This document shows, piece after piece, positions 54,271 to 64,000 of a DNA stretch of 64,000 nucleotides; the first letter of the stretch is position 1, and each line of letters starts with the position of its first letter. The stretch lies in the NCBI GenBank assembly GCA_964016885.1, contig OZ024747.1:70680001-70744000 (forward strand). Reading direction: 5' to 3'. The position numbers and the translations under genes are program-made. The DNA is from Eledone cirrhosa (Eukaryota). The notes under the pieces are model-generated. The model did not search any database. It was not told the DNA's origin and saw only the letters and a program-made list of their open reading frames with translations.

Positions 54271-57200
54271 ACTCGTGAAAGTATACACTCATATGCACAC
54301 TCACACACATATATATGTGTACACATACACACACACACATATATATATACGTGCTGATTCTTAGTACTTAAGATAGTATGGTTAATTTTGAAAATGAAAA
54401 CTGTATGATTTAGAGAGGGTACATGCTCTTTCAATAAATGTCTATATTAAAATCATATTTATTAGTATTCATTTGATAACTTTGCATTACTTTGTAATAA
54501 TTTATCAAGTTAAAAAGTTATAAACATTAAGCTTACCTTAAAAAATTGCCCTGTGAGTCAATTACTCTTCTGTGTCAAGGGCATAACATCTTTTCAGTTG
54601 GGAGAATAGCCAAGCTTCTTAGTTATTTAATTTTTAATCTTTTAAACAAAAAATAGAAAGTTCTATGATCTTATGTGTTCATGGAAAACGTTCATGTATT
54701 TCATTTCTGATAGCTATTTAAGGAACTCTTCGATATTAGATTTGGCAAAAATGTTGTAAGAAACAAAATAGTTAATTCTGATCCGAGATGAATAAAATAA
54801 AAAGAAAATAGCTGTTTACTTTTTATATTCTGAAAGGTTCTCTCTCTAGAAAAGCAATATTACATAACATAATCTTTTTGCAGCCTAAAAGCTTGTTAAA
54901 TTCCAACATTTCCATGGACATAAATCAGACTAAATGGATTTTCATTTGAACAATATTATCAAATATTTCAGAGAAACGTTTTTTAGAAGAGACACAAAAT
55001 TTTTCTTCTACCAAACTCCAGATGTCATTAAATGTAATTTCTCTCCTTTCTTGAATTTTGCTTACAGTTCTTTCAACAGAAATCCAACTAAAAACAAAAT
55101 CCATAGATTTTTCCTAATACTTAAAAATGTATTCAGTAAATGGAAAAATGCAGGAACATACTTCATATAAAACATTAAATCTAAATATTTTGGGGGCTGC
55201 TAAAATTCTCTTTCATCCATTTTCATTATATCATCAAAACGTTTTTGATTTTCCAGAATACCATCAAAAACATTCATCATGCCTACTATGTTCTTTTAAT
55301 ATCTTCAACCAATAAAGATGAATAGTACCTTAACATTGAAGAAAGTATTTTCAAAGAATATCATTGAGTATTAAAATTCGATTTGTGGCACTCTTAAAAA
55401 AAGATAATATTATCATCACCATGATTTTACATCTGCTTTCCATACTGGCATGGGTTGAATGGTTATCACATAGTGAGATAAGTCAGGTTTGAGGATTATG
55501 CTTGTACAGTGATTTTAGCTTGATTCCTATGGCTGGATGCCTTTCCTATTACCAGCCACTGTACAATATGTACTGGTTACACCAACACTACAACCTTTCC
55601 AACATATAGTGGATGAATCTTATTGTAGCACCAATACTACCACTTTACAGAGTGCATTAAGCTGATGAAGATGAAGTCTTCACAGCGCTCACAAGATTGA
55701 TATCTATGATAGAAAAATCAATATTTTAAGCAAATAAATGAGGGACAATCTCTGTGGTCACTCGACTTGCTAAAAAGAGCAGCATATTCTACCATTTTAA
55801 AAGGGACACATTAGAAAATTTGGTCCTATGTACACTGACTGTATTAAGACTAGCTGGTTAAAACTGAAATAACTTTGTTCAAATGTCTACTGTATCAGAT
55901 CTTAATCATGGCTAAACAACAACAGTAACAAATCAATTTCATGAATTTCAAAATCTTATGTTGAAGAAAGCTATTGTACCCTTAAATAACTTTAATAGAA
56001 TGTTTTATGATTTAATAATTTCTATATTAAAAAGAAATTCATTTATTTCTAACATGTCAGTAAAATTTGCCAAATTAAATGACCCAATTCTTTAGCACAT
56101 CCTTGACTATTGTGTCAAATTTCTTAAGATTGCAATTCATTGCTCAAGTTGTTTATCAATGATCAATTTTATTTTTCAATATTTTTGTGTATACTGCTGG
56201 CCTTAGCTATATTTTCATTTAGTGACTTTAATAATTCTTTGATAGCTGTGTTTCAAGTATTTTCTTTGCATAGGTTTGTGTTAGAAAGAAAGAGACGAAG
56301 TGAAAACCATATATACTTGTATTTAAGCAGTGAAAAATGTGACAAAAAAATTGATGGTAAAATGGGGTCGTCTTATATTCTTCAGAGACTTTTACACACT
56401 TGGTACTGAGAACAAATAAGCAAATAATACATTTATGGACTGGCTCATATACATATATTACAGGATTGATAGGCAGGTATTAGTTAGCAGTACCACTAAA
56501 ATAGCACATGATAGGTAAATAGTTAAATAGACGGATAGATAGACAGACAGATGGAAATGTACAAATACATACATATATATATATATACATATGTATGTAT
56601 AGATAATATGAATTGGCAGAGTTATTAAAATGTTGGTTAGAATGCTTTGTGGTATTCTTTCTGGTTCTATATGATACGGTCTCAAAATGCTCCAAGGTTA
56701 TCTTTGCCTTTCATTTCTTTCGAAGTCAATAAAAATGTACCAGTCTAGAACCAGGTTTGATTCTTTCTCTCACTTCCTCTCCCTCCCTCTCTTTTTCTCT
56801 CCTTCTTTGGAAGAAATCAGCTGTGTCCTAACAAGAGAGGGGATGAGCTCTGCCAGGTTTATAGAGCCCAAGAAATGCTGTGTCATGATGGCACCTCTAT
56901 GACTCCATCAGGAGTTATGGGTTCATACTTTTCTGCATATGAAACATTGACTGGAGATGCTCATTTGCATATAGTACATGCTTGACTGTCTAAGATTAAT
57001 TATCAGAAGCACCAACATTGTATAAAGTAGTAGCAGTCGTGTCATGCAAAAATGCATCCAGCACACTCTGATACTTGCCTCTTTCAACTTACAACTTAGC
57101 AGGCACTAGCCAAAATAACTATGCTAATGAAAATCATGTACAAGATGAGGTCGCTCCCACACATCTGGCCTCAGAACATAACCTATCCAGCATTAGTTAG

Positions 57201-58479
57201 CCTGGAATGTACATCTAAAATGATGATGATGATGATATATATATAAAAGAAAATATGCAAAATTATATCTATAGGAGCTACAAAATTTTACAAGATTAAT
57301 TAATATAAGTTTCTAAAAATGTTTTAACCTATTATATTAAATTCTTTAATTGTTAAGTTTATATCTGAAATTTTGTTATTATATCAATTACAAACTATGA
57401 ATATCACCTCAAAAATTCATTTCCATTCAGATAGTGTAGAATTCATTATTATTAGCAATGTAATATTTATGCATATCATTTTGCTTAATGATCAGTAATG
57501 CTGTTTTCATTCTTGTAATTAGCAAAGCAAAATGATAAATTGTAGCTTTAATGAAGCTATAGTGATGTAAACTATAATAGCGTATACGTTATTTTATTCT
57601 CCAATACATAATTAAATTTTTTTTTAAATAAATCTATCTCTATAAAGTTGTTTTAAAAAATAACGATTTATTGCATATTCATATTGCTATGGGATTTAGA
57701 CATTTTGGACTTCAAATTTCGAACTAGAAAATATTAAATTACACTGAAAGGAATGAATTTCTTTGACTTCCAGAGAAAGATGATCAGTTGGGGTTTTATT
57801 TCATTATTGTTGGTAATATTCTCAACGGAGAAATAATCATATTGAAACTGTCAGGAAATGTCAGACAATTACCAAAGAAATCTAAAAGATTCTATCATGG
57901 GTTATTGATAGAAGTCAGTTCATCTTTTACAGTTTGTTTATCATAAGTGTTTGTCGAATGATATTATCTATACTTAGTGTTAGATAAAAGAAAGCTAGTC
58001 TTTTGTTTTGTTTAGGTTTTCCAACCTATTTATGAATAGTGACAGATGTAATTGGATAATTCCTGCTCTATTTATCCTCCATCTAGCTGTGAAGCTTCTC
58101 ATTTTCAATTTCATGTCTACATCACTGAAATAATGAAGAATTCATATAATTGTACCTGATACTGTAATCTACCAGAAGTTAAGGAAAATCTATGATTTTA
58201 TATATTTGTTCTTGATTGTTTGTTGGTTTGATAGAGGAATCCAATACAGTTGAATCATGTGGATGTTTATCTGTTTAACTCATCAGGGTAAACAGTAAAC
58301 AGACACATATTTATTTCAGTTGCTCTGTAAAGATGGGAACAAGCACTGACCTGCTAAGTTGTAAGTTGAAAGAGACAAGTATCAAATTTGATTTATGATA
58401 TAGGAGTACACTTTTTTAATTGTTTTTGTTAGGAGGAAACGACTGTGCCATTGCTAGCCCTCTGAGACCATTGACATTT

Positions 58480-59150
58480 AGATGGTTAATATTCATCTTG
58501 AACGCAAGTCAGCAGGAAAGACAAGTGCAGGGAAGGAATTCTGAAGAGATAACATTCCAGACAAGAAGAGCTGGGTATAGTAGTGAGTTCAAGGTCTGTG
58601 AGAGTACATACTATATGAATGATGAGAGGAAGAGAGACATGGGAATGCTTTTGTCGAAGTTGCAGCCAGTTAGAGTGTGGAGATACCTGCCTTTGGTGAA
58701 GGGTTTTACACCAATCAGAGAAGTTGTATTTCTTTGGATGCAATCTAGATTATCAGTATGAGTTTCAGCCCCACTATTCTATGTATAGGGGTAGTACTCC
58801 ATTGTTGATTTCACCAGAGCTTTGAAAAGTATTGAGAGTTGTTAGGGTCTAAAGTATTTTTAAGACAAGTCTTTATAGTAAGCTTGAAAATTTTAGTTTC
58901 ATGCTGATAATATTTTATGGGAAGAGGTAATAATGTTTCCTTAGAAAGAACCATGATTGTGTTTTTGTACAGTTGACAGAGACACAATGTCCAGCATATC
59001 TTGTCTTCTGCTCCCTAATTTTTGTGGTCATCTACATTATATGATGATATAATTCTTCCATTGTCAGATGATCCTTCCATGATTTGTTGAATAATGTACA
59101 CAGCATGTGAGCGTATTTTCCATCCAGTTTGTTCTCAAGCCTTCTGGTAA
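58480..59150 (-). mobile_element. Decayed non-LTR retrotransposon RT C-terminal fragment (CR1/Jockey group)
   Basis: Minus strand QLSILFKALVKSTMEYYPYT*NSGAETHTDNLDCIQRNTTSLIG resembles LYKAxVRPxMEY..W.GA..LDxIQ. Confidence 0.55.
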
Positions 59151-59232
59151 TTGTTCAGGCTGATGATCTGTATGTATATATATATATATGTATATATATA
59201 TGTATATATGTATATGTATATATATATATGTA

Positions 59233-59301
<69 letters not shown>

Positions 59302-59631
59302 GGAACTCTTTTAACCATCTTTTCATTTTATATATATACAAATATTTATATATATGTATACATATTTATATATATGTATACATATTTATACATATTTATA
59401 CATATTTATAAATATATACATATGTATATATATGTATATATATATATACATATGTATATATATGTATATATATACATATGTATATATATGTATATATATA
59501 CATATGTATATATATATGTATTTATATATATATACATTTACTGTGTTTCTTACTACATATATATTATTATTATATACATATGTATATATATGTATATATA
59601 TATATACATATGTATATATAAGTATATATAT

Positions 59632-60951
59632 ATCATCATCATCATCATCATCAACGTTTAACGTCCGTGTTCCACGCTTGCATGGGTTTGGACGGGGGTT
59701 TTCCCACTTGAGGCAAGAGTGATTGTCTTGCTCGCATAGGACTGTCTGGCAGGTTTTCTACAGCTGGATGCCCTTCCTAACACCAACCCCGTTTACAGTG
59801 TGGGTCTGGGAGGTTTTTACCGTGTTGCCTACACGGCCACATTACAGCATGGACTGTGTGTTTTTTTGTCGTGACACCTACACGACCTCATTTGTTTCGG
59901 CCTGGATGTTGTGGCACCAACATAACTTTACATAGAAGGGGGCGGTGTGGATGGGTGGGGGTGGTGGGACGGGGGTGTATTTTGTTAGAGATGCCTACTG
60001 ACTGTAGTAGGTTTTACTATGTATTTAGGTAAGGCGGGTCTTCTCTATTACTGTGTAAGGTCTTGGTCCAGTGACATTTTCTTGGAGAGGTGTAAGTGTG
60101 TGAGGTCGGAGTTTATCAGCTCGTCCCAGGTTTTTCTAGGTCTGCCTATTCCGTGGCTACCGTCTATCTTTATTGCCCTGCACTTTGTTATACAGCTATC
60201 GACTTTCATGCGCATCACGTGTCCATACCAACGTAGCCTTCTCTCGAGTAAACAACATCTGATCCCTCTTATTTCTAATTTTTTCCTTAGTTCGTTTATG
60301 CTTTGCCATTCACGTATATTACTATTACACATCCAGTGGAGCATGCAAGCTTCGTTCCTCTCTAGTCTGCATATATCCTCTGCACACAATGCCCAGGTCT
60401 CACTGCCATGCAACATTGCTGTTCGTATGCAGGCATCATACAACCTGCCTTTCATTTTTAGGGAGAACCCTTTAGCGGCTAATAGTGGTATAAGCTCTCT
60501 GAACTTTTTCCATCCAGTTCTGACTCTAGCTACTGTACTTTCAGAGCACCCTCCCCCACTGCTGATTTTGTCACCCAAGTAACGGAAGCTGTCCACTATT
60601 TCTATAGAGCCCTCTGCGCAGTTGAAAGAGCTAGTATTTTGTGGGCACTTGCTGCTACTTATTGCACCAGATCACCGGCCACATGTGAAAAAATCTATGT
60701 TCTTAGTTAGCTTACCTGTGATCCCACTACATCTTTTATGCACACATACTTTGCATTTCTGACACAAAATGGAGTTTCTACCTACGCCTTTCCTACACAC
60801 TGAGCATGGCCATTTACCGGAAGGGACCGCCGCCTTATTTTCTTTCCTACATACTAGAACTTTGGTCTTAGCCAGGTTAATTTTAAGGCCTTTTGATTCT
60901 AGGCCGTGCTTCCATGTTTGGAATTTCTTCTCTAGCTCGGCCATTGATTCA
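59632..60951 (-). mobile_element. RTE LINE 3' fragment including the PHD finger, in (TA)n
   Basis: Highly similar to 7107-8432; frameshift near 60672-60690. Confidence 0.95.
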
Positions 60952-60999
60952 TAAATATATATATGTATATATACATATATATATATATGCATATATATG

Positions 61000-61064
<65 letters not shown>

Positions 61065-61080
61065 GTATATATATGTATAT

Positions 61081-61775
61081 ATGTTTATAGCTCTGCTATC
61101 TTCATATCCATGGAGCGCTTGTCTGCACAATACAGAAGTTGCGTTTCGCTAATTTCTACCCGCCGAAATGCGATTCTCGCTAAATTTATATTTGTATTAT
61201 TATCCCAAGTCAAGCGATTAACCAGTTAATTTCTTTTGGCTTTTTAGTTAATTCTATTGACTGATTAATCGCTTAAGTTTATTTTAAAAACAACTCGGTC
61301 GAGAGCTTAATTCGTTTTGTGCTATTTTTGAAAATGTTTGCAGAAACTACACGTTTTGAATTCACTGGCCAAAGTAAGGGTTTTCTCCCGTTAGACATCA
61401 CATGTGCTTTCATAACCTGTGAGATTCTGGTGCACGAAAAGCAAAATGGCTGTTGAGAAAGCAATGGCTTGTTCGATCATTATACCAAGTATTATTGATT
61501 TAGGTATTGCAGAAACCCAATATCGGAGTATTCCATCTTCCCCGAGGGTCCGGGTAACTATTTCAATCATATCTTATTTTGTTTGACCCGTTTAGCTTGT
61601 TCCCTTTTTTGGCTGAAGTGGTTAATGGCTACTTAACCATCGTCTCAGCGTGTATGACCGTCTTAACTTATGTTTATAGCTCTGCTATCTCCTTCATATC
61701 CATGGAGCGCTTGTCTGCACAATACGGAAGTTGCGTTTTGCTAATTTCCACCCGCCGAAATGCGATTCTCGCTAA

Positions 61776-61780
<5 letters not shown>
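61081..61780. repeat. 589-bp non-coding unit with a ~110-bp terminal direct repeat, embedded in (TA)n
   Basis: 61081-61190 is repeated at 61670-61780; internal hairpins at 61212-61275 and 61612-61649. Confidence 0.85.
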
Positions 61781-61849
<69 letters not shown>

Positions 61850-61893
61850 GTATATATATATATACATATGTATATATATGTATATATATATAG

Positions 61894-61929
<36 letters not shown>

Positions 61930-62018
61930 GTATATATATGTATATATATATAGATATGTATATATATATATATATATATATACATATGAAAATATATGTA
62001 TATATATATATATATATA

Positions 62019-62360
62019 TGGAGGCATATGGCTTAGTGGTTAGAGCATTGGCCTTGCAATCGAAAGGTTGTGAGTTCAATTCTCAGACCGGGTGATGTGT
62101 TGTTTCCTTGAGCAAGACACTTTATTTCACATTGCTCCAGTTTACTCAGCTGTACAAATGAGATGATATGGACTGGGGTTCCTATCATTCCACTGCAAAG
62201 TGGTCGTGGGGGTGCCAAAAAAACCACCCAGCACTCACTGTAAATGAGGTTGGTGTTAGGAAGGGCATCCAGCTGTAGAAATCAAGCCAGAATCAGTTCC
62301 CGTCCCACCCTTGCAAGCAGGGAAAAGTGGACGTAAGATGATGTTGATGATGATGATGAT
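62019..62360 (+). mobile_element. tRNA-derived CORE-type SINE with RTE-derived tail, full length
   Basis: A box tggcttagtgg, B box gagttcaattc, CORE-like segment, ggtgttaggaagggcatccagctgtagaaa shared with the RTE 3' UTR, (ATG)n tail. Confidence 0.9.
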
Positions 62361-62379
62361 ATATATTGTTATGCTTTGG

Positions 62380-63394
62380 GAGGGTCATGTTGCCAATAAG
62401 AAACACACGAACCAGTTGCTTTCACTCCAATTTATTATAAATTAAATTTATAAATTTAAGAATTTATAAATTTCCGGTTGGTTGGTTGGTTCCATAACCG
62501 GACGGTTGTTCATATATTGTCAAGGTTCTTTCGTCACACATTCTGTGACCTCTTTAGTGATTGGGGATTCTTTTCTTTGTTTTTGTGTCTCTCCTTTGTT
62601 CTGTCCTACGCCATCTTGTTTTTGTGTGTGTTCCATGCTTAGTTTGCGCATGTGTTACATCCGGGTGTCTGTGTTTGTTTATATTTGTTTATTTATTTGT
62701 TTATTTACATGTTACAGGTTGGTTGTTTGTTCTATGTGTGTGTGTTTTCATTTTGACCTTAATTGTAAGTTGTGATGTTGCTATTCCATTCATGTTTTCT
62801 ATTTAATTTGGGTTGGAGTTCATTTATGTTTATTGCCTCTATGATTTGTCTAAACATTGCGTCTTTTCTGTGTGTAGATTCTATTTTTATTTCTATGTTC
62901 TCTAATTTTCCCTTATGTTCTATTTTAGCATGTTGGTGGAGTATTGATGATTCTTTTTCATATTGCAGTTCTCGCCAGTGTTCATTTAACCGTTCTCCTA
63001 CACTACGAGCTGTCTCACCTATGTACACTATATTCTTATCTTTACATTGTCCTTCAGTACATCTTATGCTATATACTACATTTCTAGTTTTACAGTTAAT
63101 ATGGGGTCTTAGTTTACAGATTATGCATTTCTTATCTATACAGGGAGGTCTTTGAAAAGGGTATGTATTGCTAATAAGTGTTTTTATGGAGGTACCTGGT
63201 CTTTCTACTATCTTAATATTAAGCTTATCTTTATCTAGGGCCCTTCTAAATTTGTAAGCTAATTCACCTCTAGGGGTTGTATTGATGAACATTACACTCT
63301 GGTATTTATTGCTATCATACCATGAGTTTATTCTATTAACCTTATTCCTAGTTCTTTCTATTCTATTCCAAAATTTGCTCCTATACAAATTCAA
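62380..63394 (-). mobile_element. PLE 3' fragment with an intact GIY-YIG endonuclease frame (62759-63394); Naiad/Neptune-type linker
   Basis: SVMFINTTPRGELA, Cx4CxxC (CIDKKCIIC), NVVYSIRC..C..YIGETARSVGERLNEH, HAKIEH, LNRKHEW. Confidence 0.88.
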
Positions 63395-63614
63395 ACTATA
63401 TTTCCATTATTTATTTTCAGAATAATTGATTATGAATAATTTTGAACCTCCAAATTTGTGGAAGAGACACGGATTTCTTCTTTGAATCCACGCTGGGAGT
63501 ACAAATAAGACCAGAAGATCAACTCCCAGAACAACAGGTGACTCACTGTCTCATCCAAAGACGTTCCCAGAGTCATGCAGACAAAGTTTCCAGAAAGGGA
63601 TAATATAATATAAT

Positions 63615-63915
63615 AATTGTTTGTACTTTTACTTTTGGCACAAGGTCATCAATTACCCCAGTGCATTACTGTTGCTTTATTTTCTCAACCCTGTAAGGAT
63701 TACAGACAAAGTTTACCTTGGCATGATTTGAACTCAGAACGTAATGGACCATAACTGACATCCTACTGTTACTGCCAATTCACTTCCCTAAAATAATTGT
63801 TTCTACTTTTAGTACAAGGCCAGCAAATACCCCAGTGCATTATTGGTGCTTTATTTTATCAATCTCATAAGGATGAAAGGCAAAGCTAACCTTGGTGGAC
63901 TTTCTACTCAGTGCA
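63615..63915 (-). mobile_element. Two decayed tandem copies of the second SINE family
   Basis: Both match 26458-26570 (acttttggcacaagg..cccagtgcattac..ggcaaag). Confidence 0.7.
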
Positions 63916-64000
63916 TAAAGAGATGGTTTTGTCCACTACCTATTTGTTTGTGCCTTCATAGGAATATGGGTTTCTTAACAGGGTTCAAAGCCACAATTTT

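Noticed and set aside
62019-62092. tRNA gene (GCA anticodon-like head), also at 4680-4754 and 48960-49032
   Set aside because: Poor acceptor stem and direct continuation into CORE and RTE-tail sequence: these are SINE heads
62759-63394. Selenocysteine-recoding PLE
   Set aside because: No in-frame TGA in this ORF or in 37453-39459, and no convincing SECIS seen
63421-63537. Possible plus-strand coding exon (ttttcag..cag|gtgact)
   Set aside because: Stops in all three frames from the acceptor and no recognisable protein similarity

Overview
AT-rich eukaryotic (animal) genomic DNA with no recognisable host protein-coding exon. The window is intergenic or deep intronic and is dominated by (TA)n microsatellite arrays and retroelements. 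The repeat repertoire (tRNA-headed CORE-SINEs with an RTE-derived 3' tail, RTE LINEs, long interrupted (TA)n arrays) suggests an octopod cephalopod; this is inference. It contains 5'-truncated RTE LINEs with a PHD finger inside the RT, old RTE, CR1 and other LINE fragments, a Tc1/mariner deletion derivative, a MITE with a 7-bp TSD, and several Penelope-like elements (PLEs), one with an uninterrupted ~669-codon RT+GIY-YIG frame. The main signal is about a dozen minimal type I hammerhead ribozyme (HHR) motifs from about seven unrelated sequence families. Almost all lie in short non-coding units embedded in (TA)n and arranged as tandem or fold-back copies, resembling retrozymes or PLE terminal repeats. 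One carries a U3-A8 compensatory core variant and one pair shows stem covariation. Most ORFs in the supplied track are microsatellite artefacts. Coordinates were read by eye, so boundaries of degraded repeats are approximate.
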